Source of the DNA: Candidatus Aenigmatarchaeota archaeon
Lineage (GTDB): Archaea; Aenigmatarchaeota; Aenigmatarchaeia; GW2011-AR5
Assembly: GCA_016187365.1 (NCBI GenBank)
Contig: JACPJX010000024.1
Location: 1-36,490, forward strand
Reading direction: 5' to 3'
Length of the DNA: 36,490 nt
The notes beneath the pieces are model-generated. The model was not told where the DNA came from. It was given only the letters and a program-made list of their open reading frames with translations, and did no database searches. Within the stretch, counting starts at the first letter, position 1. The number at the start of each line of letters is the position of its first letter. The position numbers were made by a program, and so were the translations under genes. Shown one piece after another: positions 16,855-25,744 of the stretch.

Positions 16855-16877
16855 CGCTTTCATCATATCGGGCAAAT

Positions 16878-17666
16878 ATGCCATATTCTGAAAGATACCT
16901 AAGGCCTACTGCAAAGCGAGTAAGGAATTATTTAGCTGATGAATTGTTCGGTATAGAAGGGCAAAGCAGATGGCGTATTCTCGATTTAAGATGGAAAGAC
17001 AGCCAAAGACTGTACAGAAGAATCGGGCGCCACCGCGGAGACACGGCCCGGGCAAGAAGAGATATAGCAAGAATGGACGCAGATTCTATGTATTGTTCTT
17101 ATACTGGAGATATGGATCTGGATACAGATTATATCGTATTCGTGAATGACGCTACAGAAGCCACCGCTGTGCGTTTGGGTGAAGAAATGACTCATGGAGA
17201 ACATATGACAACACACATCAGAAATCTCGGCGCCGTCAGCCGCTATACGGAAAGGTTTTCTGGTACAACAACGGAATTCATGGGGTTTCTCGGATTAAGA
17301 AGTGTAGAAAGAGAAAATAACGGTATAACCTTTGATTACTTTGATTATACCGGCCCCGACGTTTTAAATCCTATACTCGATTTAACCCGGGATGCAGAGC
17401 ATTACGTAGGATATTCGGTTTCAGACCAGTTAATAAATTCTAGAAGACGTATAAATTATAGGGATTTGTTCCATGCTGACAGCCAGGCTGTTGTATGGGA
17501 TATTGTAAAAAGTCTGATACGGCCTAGGATAAGAGTTTTTATAGAACCGGAAAAATATTGCCAGCTCGTGGTGGACGCCTATAACTCGTTGTACGAAGGT
17601 GTTTTGGAAAGAGCGGAATTAGACGCCGGTATCGAAATATCGAAGAAAAAAAGGAAGAAACAATAA
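16878..17666 (+). CDS. hypothetical protein (no family recognised), origin-adjacent
   Basis: 262-aa uninterrupted ORF with a Lys-rich C-terminus (ISKKKRKKQ) and an Arg-rich N-terminal third. Composition is AT-richer than the neighbouring core genes (23 G+C in its first 60 nt). Confidence 0.55.
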   Translation: MPYSERYLRPTAKRVRNYLADELFGIEGQSRWRILDLRWKDSQRLYRRIGRHRGDTARARRDIARMDADSMYCSYTGDMDLDTDYIVFVNDATEATAVRLGEEMTHGEHMTTHIRNLGAVSRYTERFSGTTTEFMGFLGLRSVERENNGITFDYFDYTGPDVLNPILDLTRDAEHYVGYSVSDQLINSRRRINYRDLFHADSQAVVWDIVKSLIRPRIRVFIEPEKYCQLVVDAYNSLYEGVLERAELDAGIEISKKKRKKQ

Positions 17667-17675
17667 ACCGCTCGG

Positions 17676-18086
17676 CTATTCATCCAACTCGAACTTCATC
17701 CCGTAGTGTATAAGACCGGAATCGCCGTCTTCAAAGAGCTTCCTGAAGACCGTATGGACCTTTTTTCCTATACTGATTTTTGAAGTGTCGCCTACAACCT
17801 GTCCTGCCACCATCGGCCCCTCCTCAAGTTCGACTATAGCAATCATATAAGGGACGTACTTCTCGAACCCCACAGGCGCCGTATGGTTTTCCGTGTAGGT
17901 TAAGATGACCCCCCTGCCGGAAAGCTTTTTGTCGGCGGTTTTTTTGTGGCAATCCTGGCAGTACGGCCTGCCCGGGTAGAATATCTTCCTGCATTCAGCG
18001 CACTCGGTGCCCATGAAGTTGTACCTGCCTTTCTTCGCCCTCCACGGCATCGAGACCGAAGTGTTATGCGGCATGATAACCACCAT
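17676..18086 (-). CDS. DUF35 OB-fold / zinc-ribbon protein (scaffold of the archaeal thiolase-HMG-CoA synthase complex)
   Basis: CAEC...x...CQDCH rubredoxin-like ribbon followed by an OB-fold segment (IVELEEGPMVAGQVV). Last gene of the HMGCS-thiolase-DUF35 operon. Confidence 0.85.
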   Translation of the reverse strand: MVVIMPHNTSVSMPWRAKKGRYNFMGTECAECRKIFYPGRPYCQDCHKKTADKKLSGRGVILTYTENHTAPVGFEKYVPYMIAIVELEEGPMVAGQVVGDTSKISIGKKVHTVFRKLFEDGDSGLIHYGMKFELDE

Positions 18087-18107
18087 TTTTGATACAGTAT
18101 TTGTTGT

Positions 18108-19262
18108 TCATTCATCAACACCAAGTATGTTCACGACTGCCGTGGCCCCGGAGCCGCCTATGTTAAGGTTCATGCCGTATTTCACACCTTTCAACTGGTT
18201 GTGCGAATCGCCGCGCAGCTGCCTCGTTATGTCGGCAATCTGGCGCACGCCAGTGGCGCCTACAGGGTGCCCTATTGCTTTCAGGCCTCCTGTAGTGTTT
18301 ACCGGAACGGAACCGTTGAGTGAAACCCCCCCGCGCTCCACGAATTTTCCGCCCTCACCCTTCCTGCAGAAGTTGAGATCTTCTATCGCTATTATCTCGT
18401 TTATCGAGAAGCAGTCATGGACCTCGGCAAAATTTATGTCCGTTATCTTCAGGCCTGCCTGGTCCAGGGCCTTCCTTGCGGCGAGTTTTGTCGCCTGTAT
18501 CTCAGTCAGGGACTGCCTGTCGTGCAAAGCCAGCGTATCCGACGCCTGGCCGCTGCCAAGCACCTTTACAGGCCTTTCAATCTTATTTTTCATTTTTTCC
18601 GAAACCACTACGAGAGCAGCGGCGCCGTCAGTTATAGGCGAGCAGTCGAGAACATTAAGAGGCGAAGAAATCACAGAGGAATTCATGACATCGCCCACCG
18701 TTATGGGGTTCTGGAACTGCGCATACTTGTTGCCAACCGCATTCCCATGATTGATGACGCTTACCATGGCCATCTGCTCGCGCGTCGTCCCGTATTCGTG
18801 CATGTGGCGCCTGGCGATGAGGGCGTAAAGGCTTGCAAAAGTCAGGCCGATTGAAGATTCCCATTCCTGGTCGCCTGCAGCGGCCAAGGTCATGACAGCT
18901 TCCGGGGTCCTGACGTCTGTCATCTTCTCCACCCCTATCACGAGCGCCGCATCCATATGGCCGGATTTTATGGCGTGAATGGCGTTCCTGAATGCTATGC
19001 TGCCGGAAGCGCACGCACCCTCATATCGGCTCGCTTCGGCATGTATGCCGAGGCTGTCTGCCGCCAGGGCGCCCAAGTGCTCCTGGCCCACATATCTTCC
19101 TGCCGACATGTTGCCTACAAAAATGCCGCCTATGGAATCTTTTTCCATGCCGGCGTCACCGAGCGCGGATATTCCGGATTCAGCCATCAGGTCGCGGAGC
19201 GATCTGTCCCAGAGTTCCCCGAATTTTGTCTGGCCGACACCGGCGATGTAAACTTCTGTCAT
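18108..19262 (-). CDS. acetyl-CoA C-acetyltransferase (archaeal thiolase)
   Basis: Active-site YEGACASGS, C-terminal GHPVGATG and NIGGSG motifs. The start overlaps the HMGCS stop by 4 nt. Confidence 0.9.
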   Translation of the reverse strand: MTEVYIAGVGQTKFGELWDRSLRDLMAESGISALGDAGMEKDSIGGIFVGNMSAGRYVGQEHLGALAADSLGIHAEASRYEGACASGSIAFRNAIHAIKSGHMDAALVIGVEKMTDVRTPEAVMTLAAAGDQEWESSIGLTFASLYALIARRHMHEYGTTREQMAMVSVINHGNAVGNKYAQFQNPITVGDVMNSSVISSPLNVLDCSPITDGAAALVVVSEKMKNKIERPVKVLGSGQASDTLALHDRQSLTEIQATKLAARKALDQAGLKITDINFAEVHDCFSINEIIAIEDLNFCRKGEGGKFVERGGVSLNGSVPVNTTGGLKAIGHPVGATGVRQIADITRQLRGDSHNQLKGVKYGMNLNIGGSGATAVVNILGVDE

Positions 19263-20296
19263 AATTTTATCTTGCCCCTCAGTTTTGCATAATTCCCGTA
19301 ACTGACATAAGACTTCCTGCCGACGTAGAATTCAGTCCTCGGCGCCCTGTCCCTGACTTCTTCTATCCTGTCCGTGACGCGCACCGAAAATGAATCGGCG
19401 CCGGCGCCGGAACCGTAAGACGTCATGAGTATTCTGTCGCCAGGACCCGCGTTGTCGAGAATGTCTGCAAGAACAAGCATCGAAGCGCCGGAATACGTGT
19501 TTCCGATTTTCTGCACGAGAAGGTTGAATTTCAACTGTTCATGGGAGAATCCAAGGATCTTGCCGGCCCTCATGGGGAACTTTCCGTTTGGCGTATGAAA
19601 TGCCACATAAGAATAGTCGGAGGGCTTCGCCCCTATTTTTTCCATCATGCCTTTGGTGCATGAGACAAGATGATGAAAATATGCCGGCTCCCCCGTAAAT
19701 CTGCCCCCATGCTTCGGATAGTGCTGGCCCTCGCGCCTCCAGAAATCCGGCGTGTCCGTGGTGTAAGAGAACATCCCTTCAATCACTGCAACAGGTTTCC
19801 TGCCTATGACAAACGCCGCCCCGCCTGCTGCGGCCGTATATTCAAGCGCGTCCCCCGGCCGCCCCTGCGCGGTGTCGGCCCCTATTGCCATGCCGTATTC
19901 AATCTCGCCGGCCTTTGCCAGGCCGTAGCACGTCTGCATGCCGGCAGTTCCGGCCTTGCAGGCAAATTCGTAGTCAGCGACAAGAACATTCGGGGTCATC
20001 CCGAGCGCATCAGCCACCACGGTGCCCGACGGCTTCACGGCATACGGATGGCTCTCGCTCCCGATGAAAAGCGCGCCTACCGCCTCCCCATCTATTCCGG
20101 CGCGCAGAAGCGCGTTTCTTCCGGCCTCGGCGCTTATCGTTATCGTGTCCTCGTCCATTTCAGGCACGCTTTTTTCCTCTATGAGAAGCCCTTTTTTGAT
20201 TGCGCCGGCATCCTGTCCCCACACACCGGCGATGTCCTCAACCCTTATCCGTAGCCTGGGTATGTATGCGCCATACCCGGAAATGCCTATCTCCAT
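19259..20296 (-). CDS. hydroxymethylglutaryl-CoA synthase (archaeal type)
   Basis: GISGYGAYIPRLRI N-terminus, catalytic-Cys context YEFACKAGTAG, and SYGSGAG near the C-terminus. Confidence 0.9.
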   Translation of the reverse strand: MEIGISGYGAYIPRLRIRVEDIAGVWGQDAGAIKKGLLIEEKSVPEMDEDTITISAEAGRNALLRAGIDGEAVGALFIGSESHPYAVKPSGTVVADALGMTPNVLVADYEFACKAGTAGMQTCYGLAKAGEIEYGMAIGADTAQGRPGDALEYTAAAGGAAFVIGRKPVAVIEGMFSYTTDTPDFWRREGQHYPKHGGRFTGEPAYFHHLVSCTKGMMEKIGAKPSDYSYVAFHTPNGKFPMRAGKILGFSHEQLKFNLLVQKIGNTYSGASMLVLADILDNAGPGDRILMTSYGSGAGADSFSVRVTDRIEEVRDRAPRTEFYVGRKSYVSYGNYAKLRGKIKL

Positions 20297-20333
20297 GATG
20301 AAATGATTGAGGAAAAGTTTATATGTGAAATAC

Positions 20334-20969
20334 TTATGATAACTTTTTCAACCCGCGCCACCAGTCTGTTGATTTGGAGTTCTCCAGGACGGCAAGGAGG
20401 GTTTTTGCGGATTTCGTCTGAAGGGCCTTTGAGACGTTGTTTATCCAGTCCTGTGCAGATGCATGGCCATTTTCCATATATTCCCTTGCCGTGAATGCCT
20501 GCTCGAGGAGGTCGGCGTCCTTTGCGATGATGCCGGCTCTCGTATTCCTCATCTCCGCGGCTTCCCACATCCCGAATATGCCGCTTCCGATGTCGCCGAG
20601 TTTTTCGGTCTGGTCTTTGACGGCCTTCTCACCTTCTTTTGAAACATATCTTCTGGCCACCTTGTGGATATCGCCCGTCCTGCACTCCTCGATGTCGTGA
20701 AAAAGAACGATGACGCACACTTCCTCCGGCTTGCCATATTTTTCGAGGCGCGCCAGTATGTAGCCTATCTGCGCAGCGCGCAGGCAATGGTCTGCAACGC
20801 TGTCCGGGAATTCCACGCCGGCGAGCCTCCAGCCCTCATGCTTCACCCTCTTAAGCATGCCGAGTTCGTGGATGAAATCTGCAAAGAACTGAAAGTTCTT
20901 TGAGATGTCAGAAGCCTCCGGCTTTTGCACATTTACGAGTTCTTTCATGCATACTTTTATGGACTTCAT
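20334..20969 (-). CDS. HD-domain phosphohydrolase (YfbR-like 5'-deoxynucleotidase family)
   Basis: VADHCLRAAQIGY ... LFHDIEECRTGDI HD motifs. I trimmed the start to the ATG at 20967-20969 (MKSIKV...). The track's longer N-terminus (to 21104) would overlap the divergent gene that starts at 21000. Confidence 0.7.
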   Translation of the reverse strand: MKSIKVCMKELVNVQKPEASDISKNFQFFADFIHELGMLKRVKHEGWRLAGVEFPDSVADHCLRAAQIGYILARLEKYGKPEEVCVIVLFHDIEECRTGDIHKVARRYVSKEGEKAVKDQTEKLGDIGSGIFGMWEAAEMRNTRAGIIAKDADLLEQAFTAREYMENGHASAQDWINNVSKALQTKSAKTLLAVLENSKSTDWWRGLKKLS

Positions 20970-20999
20970 GCTTATATCCGGAAAAAGGCAGAATAGATT

Positions 21000-21827
21000 A
21001 TGGTCCTGGAATCGATTCTCAACCCCAAGAACGCTGAGGACAAGCCGTGGCACGTCTTCATCATAGCGTTCTTCTACACGCTTGTTGCCGTGTTCTTCGC
21101 GCACAAGATGTTCCCCGCCCAGGCGTCAATACTTTCAGTAGCGCTTATAACAATACTTTTCGTCCCGTTCTTCCAGAAACTGTTCGAACTGGAGGAAGAG
21201 AAGGATGAGGATGCGGCGCGCAGGCGCACCAGGGGCAACATGTTCAGCAGGCACAGGCAGACCATATCGGTGTTCTCGGCGTTCTTTCTGGGGACGGCAA
21301 TATCAATGACGTTCATATACGTCTTTTTCCCGGAATTCGGCAGCGTCTTCTCGCTCCAGGCGGATGTCGTCAGGCAACTCAATCCCGGCGCGGCGGCCGG
21401 GGCGGCATACAATACGGAGGCGAGCTTCTGGAACTTCTTTTTCAACAACACGCAGGTTATGCTTCTGGTCTTCATCATGTCGGCGATGTTCGGCGCCGGC
21501 GCGATATTTGTGCTCGCGTGGAACGCGTCGATAATTTCAGTGTTCTCCGGATTTGCCGTGCAGAAACTTGCCGGGGCAGGGATTCCGGCCCACTACGCCT
21601 TTGCCTACGGCGTGCCGGCGAGCCTCGGCTCCATCGCTTTGCACGGCATCCCTGAGATACTTGCATATTTCATCGCGGGGATTGCAGGCGGCATACTTTC
21701 AGTCGGCATCATACGCGAGAACTTCGGCAGCAGGGAGTTCAAGATAGTCTTCAAGGACGCCGTGGTATTCCTCGCCATAGCAGAGATAATGATACTCGGC
21801 GCCGCCTACGTAGAAGCGGTATTCTAA
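21000..21827 (+). CDS. SpoIIM/DUF95-like integral membrane protein
   Basis: FFNNTQVMLLVF...FGAGAIFVLAWNAS and ALHGIPEILAYFIAGIAGGIL match the characteristic SpoIIM-family segments. About 6 TM segments. Confidence 0.55.
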   Translation: MVLESILNPKNAEDKPWHVFIIAFFYTLVAVFFAHKMFPAQASILSVALITILFVPFFQKLFELEEEKDEDAARRRTRGNMFSRHRQTISVFSAFFLGTAISMTFIYVFFPEFGSVFSLQADVVRQLNPGAAAGAAYNTEASFWNFFFNNTQVMLLVFIMSAMFGAGAIFVLAWNASIISVFSGFAVQKLAGAGIPAHYAFAYGVPASLGSIALHGIPEILAYFIAGIAGGILSVGIIRENFGSREFKIVFKDAVVFLAIAEIMILGAAYVEAVF

Positions 21828-21842
21828 CACAATGAGAATGAA

Positions 21843-23087
21843 TCACTTCCGCATTTCTTCCAGTATTTTCTTCGCGTGAGACACGGATATCTTCTTGTCT
21901 TCAATCATCTTAGTTGAGACAGAGACGGCCTCCTCATGAGACGCCCCGGCCGACATGGCAATGTTTTTTGCGTGGAGTTTCATGTGGCCGCGCTGGATGC
22001 CTTCCGAGACTATGGCACGCAGGGCGGCAAAGTTGTTCGCGAGCCCGACGCACGCCATGACGCACGCCAGCTCGGAGGCGCTTTTCACGCCCAGAATTTT
22101 CAGCGAAGTTCTTGCGACAGGATTCGTCTTTGTCGCGCCGCCGACGATCCCGACCGCCAGAGGCATTTTCAGTCTGCCTACAAGGTCGCCTTCCGAGTTT
22201 TTTTCGTATTCTGCAAGAGGCCTGTAGCGGCCAATTGCCGCGTAGGCATGAGCCCCCGCTTCAAGCGCGCGGAAGTCGTTTCCGGTCGCTATTGCAACTG
22301 CATCCACGCCGTTCATTATACCCTTGTTGTTCGTGGCACACCTGTAAGCGTCAACCCTGGCAAGTTCATACGCATCGAGGATTCCCTCGATAACGTCTTC
22401 GCCTATCACGTCTTTTTTCCATACGGCGGCCGCGGCGGCGAGCCTCCTGTCGGCAAGATTCGAAATTATCTTCAGCACAGCCCTTCCTCCTGTAACTTCT
22501 TCAAGATACGGCGCCACGGCCTCGCACATGCTGTTCACGCAGTTGGCGCCCATGGCGTCCACGACATTGACTATGAGGTGCACGACGACCATGGGGCCGC
22601 GGGAAGAACCGATGAGTCTTACTTCAACATCCTCGAGGCCGCCGCCAAGTTTTACCATGACGGAATCCCTGCCGTTCGCAAGTTTTTTTATGGTGCTGAT
22701 ACCGGACAATATGGACTCCCTTGCCTTGTTTGTGTCGCTTATGCCGACGAGCTGCACCTGCCCTATCATCACAGGCTGGCTGCATTCTGCACGGAAACCA
22801 CAGGGGAGCGCGAGTTTTGCCGCGTTCGAGGCCGCCGCCACAACAGACGGCTCCTCAATGCACATCGGGATGAGATATTTCCTGCCGTTAATCACGAAAT
22901 TCACGGCTATACCGAAAGGCAGTTTCACCGTCCCTATGACGTTCTCCGACATCATTTCAGCAACGGACGCATCCAGAGGGCCTTCCAGGGATTTCATGTC
23001 GCTTTCATCGAGACCAGAAAGGGCTTTTATCTTCTTGATCTTCTCATCCCGGCTGAGCTTGTGGAATCCAGTCATGTCGTTTTTCAA
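21843..23087 (-). CDS. hmgA: HMG-CoA reductase, class II
   Basis: LPFGIAVNF.INGR.YLIPMCIEEPSVVAAASNAAK is the class II (Pseudomonas mevalonii / Archaeoglobus / Thermoplasma type) signature. GATKTNP is present near the C-terminus. The track start is TTG at 23087, with an alternative ATG at 23073-23075. Confidence 0.9.
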   Translation of the reverse strand: MKNDMTGFHKLSRDEKIKKIKALSGLDESDMKSLEGPLDASVAEMMSENVIGTVKLPFGIAVNFVINGRKYLIPMCIEEPSVVAAASNAAKLALPCGFRAECSQPVMIGQVQLVGISDTNKARESILSGISTIKKLANGRDSVMVKLGGGLEDVEVRLIGSSRGPMVVVHLIVNVVDAMGANCVNSMCEAVAPYLEEVTGGRAVLKIISNLADRRLAAAAAVWKKDVIGEDVIEGILDAYELARVDAYRCATNNKGIMNGVDAVAIATGNDFRALEAGAHAYAAIGRYRPLAEYEKNSEGDLVGRLKMPLAVGIVGGATKTNPVARTSLKILGVKSASELACVMACVGLANNFAALRAIVSEGIQRGHMKLHAKNIAMSAGASHEEAVSVSTKMIEDKKISVSHAKKILEEMRK

Positions 23088-23150
23088 TCAAATCACGTAT
23101 GATTTAATCATCTATAGAGGATTTTTAAGTTTAATTCCCAATCCAACTTA

Positions 23151-24311
23151 ATGCTAGATATGTTTAAAGACGAGAACCTGAAAAATCTGCTGATAATACT
23201 CCTCGTATACAAAATATTCATACTATCGCTCGGCACGATAACGTATTACACGGTTCCGGAGGAATTTTCGCATAAAAACACCGAGCTTGAAAATCCCCTC
23301 ACAAGGCCATGGCACCAGTTCGACACGATAGCCTACCTTAACATAGCATCAAAAGGCTATAATTATGAATATGGAGTGACCACGACGAATTTCGGATGGT
23401 ATCCTCTCTACCCCCTTCTTATCAGAATGTTCGGGGCTATAGGATACGATATCGCAGCGTACCTGATACCTCAGATATTTTCATTTCTGGCGGTGATATC
23501 GCTTTACATACTTCTGAAGAACCAGATAGGCACCAGCCTGACGAAAAAGACAGTATTCTATACAATGCTTTTTCCGACTGCATATTTTCTCTCGGCAATG
23601 TATACAGAATCCATATTTCTTTTCTTTTCGTGCATGACATTTTATTTTGCATCCAAGGAAAAATGGGCATATGCAGGCATAGTTGGATATTTTGCAGTAT
23701 TAACAAGGTTTATAGGTCTTGCCATGTTTATACCGGTTCTTTACATGTATCTCCGCTCGAAAAAATTCAGGTTGACGTCTCTGGACAGAAACATATTTTT
23801 CGTTTTTCTGCTGCCCATGGCTTTCATCACGTTTATGCTGTATCATTATGCAGCGCTGGGAAACCCATTCCTGCAATTTTACACCCAAGGCAATTTCAGC
23901 AGGACGATAGGTCTGCCGCATATGTCTTTTGTTAACACATTCAGCGAGATATTCACGACAGGCAGCGTCTTTGTAGTTTTTTATAACTATTTCAACGTAA
24001 TAATGACACTGGCATTTCTCTCAATCATGGTTTTATACTGGAAAAAGACGCCGCTGGAATATAATTTATATGTGTTATTCAGCTTCATTATGATACTTTC
24101 TTCAGGCATACTGGCTTCTGTCGTCAGGTTTGAGCTTGTCATGTTCCCCATTTTCATGTCAATTGCAAAGATTTCCGAAATCTCCAGAAAAAGCAGATTT
24201 ATAGTATCATTTATATTTGTCATGCTCTTTGCAATCCAAATTATAGCACTCATAAATCATGTCAACGGGGAAATAGATTTCAAAAGCTTTATAAAAACCC
24301 TGATGCCCTGA
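23151..24311 (+). CDS. GT-C type membrane glycosyltransferase, PIG-V-like mannosyltransferase family
   Basis: PWHQFDTIAYLNIASKGY...FGWYPLYPLLIRMF resembles the PIG-V / GPI-mannosyltransferase-2-like N-terminal signature. Polytopic. Confidence 0.55.
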   Translation: MLDMFKDENLKNLLIILLVYKIFILSLGTITYYTVPEEFSHKNTELENPLTRPWHQFDTIAYLNIASKGYNYEYGVTTTNFGWYPLYPLLIRMFGAIGYDIAAYLIPQIFSFLAVISLYILLKNQIGTSLTKKTVFYTMLFPTAYFLSAMYTESIFLFFSCMTFYFASKEKWAYAGIVGYFAVLTRFIGLAMFIPVLYMYLRSKKFRLTSLDRNIFFVFLLPMAFITFMLYHYAALGNPFLQFYTQGNFSRTIGLPHMSFVNTFSEIFTTGSVFVVFYNYFNVIMTLAFLSIMVLYWKKTPLEYNLYVLFSFIMILSSGILASVVRFELVMFPIFMSIAKISEISRKSRFIVSFIFVMLFAIQIIALINHVNGEIDFKSFIKTLMP

Positions 24312-24354
24312 AATTTTCATGCATTTATAAAATATAGGTTCATGTTCTTTAGAT

Positions 24355-25059
24355 ATGAGAGAAGAACTTTCCGTTATACTTCCCTGCTATAACGAAGCAA
24401 AAAATATATCTCTTCTTCTGGAAAGATACAGAGATGTGGCGAAAAGGATTCCTATAGAACTTGTACTGGTTAACAATGGCTCTCTGGATGATACTGAAAG
24501 CGTTCTAAAAAATATACTGCCCAAGTACAAGTTCGCCCGGAGCGTAAAGGTGAAAAAAAATATCGGATACGGATTTGGCGTTCTGGCGGGCCTGAAGGCG
24601 GCCAAATGCGAATTTCTTTCATATTCGCATGCAGACATGCAGTGCGACCCTGAGGATATATTAAGGGGATGGAAAATGCTTTCCGGAAGAAGGGATGTCA
24701 TGGTCAAGGGAAACAGGAAGGGCAGGAAGGTTTTCCTCACATCATGCTTCCATTTTCTCTCTTTTATGTTGTTTTTCAGGAGATTCAGCGACATAAACGG
24801 CCAGCCGAAGATTTTTCACAGAAGCTTTCTGAAGAAATTCCATAACCCACCATACGATGCTTCACTGGATTTCTATGTCCAGTACGCGGCGCTCAGGAGC
24901 GGCATGCAAGTAGTCGATTTCCCCGTGAAATTCAGGAAAAGGCTTCATGGGAAGTCATGGTGGAACAAGGGGATTCTCCCAAGGCTGAAATTTATGGTGT
25001 CTGCGACATCATACCTTCTGCGCCTCAGGTTTTCAAAAAGTAAGATTTCTACGGATTAA
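24355..25059 (+). CDS. GT2 glycosyltransferase
   Basis: LSVILPCYNEAKNI, VNNGSLDDT, NIGYGFGVLAGL, SHADMQCDPED. Confidence 0.8.
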   Translation: MREELSVILPCYNEAKNISLLLERYRDVAKRIPIELVLVNNGSLDDTESVLKNILPKYKFARSVKVKKNIGYGFGVLAGLKAAKCEFLSYSHADMQCDPEDILRGWKMLSGRRDVMVKGNRKGRKVFLTSCFHFLSFMLFFRRFSDINGQPKIFHRSFLKKFHNPPYDASLDFYVQYAALRSGMQVVDFPVKFRKRLHGKSWWNKGILPRLKFMVSATSYLLRLRFSKSKISTD

Positions 25060-25084
25060 AAAGATTTGCAAAAGAGTATTTGAA

Positions 25085-25744
25085 ATGATAAAGATAACGT
25101 CATCGCTTATGTGCGCAGATCAGCTCGAGCTTGGAAAGGAAATAAAGATGCTTGAGGAAGCCGGGACCGACTGGTTTCATATAGATCTGATGGACGGTTC
25201 TTTCGTCCCGAACTTTGCCATGGGAATATGGCAGATAAGCGCCATAAGAAAGGCCACGAGCCTTCCCATAGATATACACCTCATGTCCGTGAGCCCCGAA
25301 AGGCATATAAAAAAGATTTCATATCTCGGGGCCGACATAATAATTTTTCATATAGAAGCGGCAAAAAACGTCCAGGGAGTCATAAACGAAATAAAAAGCT
25401 ACGGAAAGTCTGTCGGCATAGCGATAAACCCGGAAACTTCGGTCGATTCTGTAAAGCCTTATCTGGAGGACTGCGACATCGTGATGTTTATGATGAATAG
25501 CCCCGGGTTTCCAGGCCAGAAATTTAATCAGATAATAATGAAAAAGATTTCAAACTTATATTCGTTCATAAAGGAAAACAGCTATAGGGCTGAAATTATG
25601 GTTGACGGCGCAGCGTCCGCAGAAACAATCCCCCTGCTCTCGAAAGCCGGGGCGACAATATTTGTAGGCGGGACATCAGGTCTTTTCGGAAAGAACAAGA
25701 CTTATCGTCAATGTATTGAGGAAATGAAAAAAGCTGGTAAATGA
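25085..25744 (+). CDS. rpe: ribulose-phosphate 3-epimerase family protein
   Basis: SLMCADQLELGKEI..LEEAGTDWFHIDLMDGSFVPNFAMG, IDIHLM and MVDGA motifs of the RPE/AlsE family. The stop overlaps the next ATG (ATGA at 25741-25744). Confidence 0.8.
   Translation: MIKITSSLMCADQLELGKEIKMLEEAGTDWFHIDLMDGSFVPNFAMGIWQISAIRKATSLPIDIHLMSVSPERHIKKISYLGADIIIFHIEAAKNVQGVINEIKSYGKSVGIAINPETSVDSVKPYLEDCDIVMFMMNSPGFPGQKFNQIIMKKISNLYSFIKENSYRAEIMVDGAASAETIPLLSKAGATIFVGGTSGLFGKNKTYRQCIEEMKKAGK

Larger units (their letters stand above)
16196..16877. other. candidate chromosomal replication origin (oriC): ORB-like dyads plus an AT-rich unwinding element
   Basis: A 682-nt non-coding gap directly upstream of orc1/cdc6. 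It carries repeated TTTCnnnTGGAA elements and a very AT-rich stretch at about 16600-16730 with ATGAAAT repeats. Confidence 0.55.

Noticed and set aside
18007-20306. Several 90-247-aa plus-strand ORFs across the thiolase/HMGCS operon (e.g. 18007-18750, 19670-20254)
   Set aside because: They are antisense to strongly supported enzymes. Their translations are Pro/Arg/Ser-rich with no recognisable domains.
20970-21104. Upstream 45-codon extension of the HD-domain ORF
   Set aside because: It would overlap the divergent SpoIIM-like gene start at 21000 and adds no conserved sequence. The ATG at 20969 gives a normal-length HD protein.
21936-23102. 388-aa plus-strand ORF
   Set aside because: It is fully antisense to the class II HMG-CoA reductase, which has unmistakable family motifs. 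The plus-strand product is Arg/His-rich with no motif, so it is a typical shadow ORF of a GC-richer gene.
23090-23105. Small palindrome AAATCA-CGTA-TGATTT in the HMGR / PIG-V-like divergent spacer
   Set aside because: It has only 6-bp AT-rich arms, which are easily produced by chance in an AT-rich promoter region. There is no second copy in the window.
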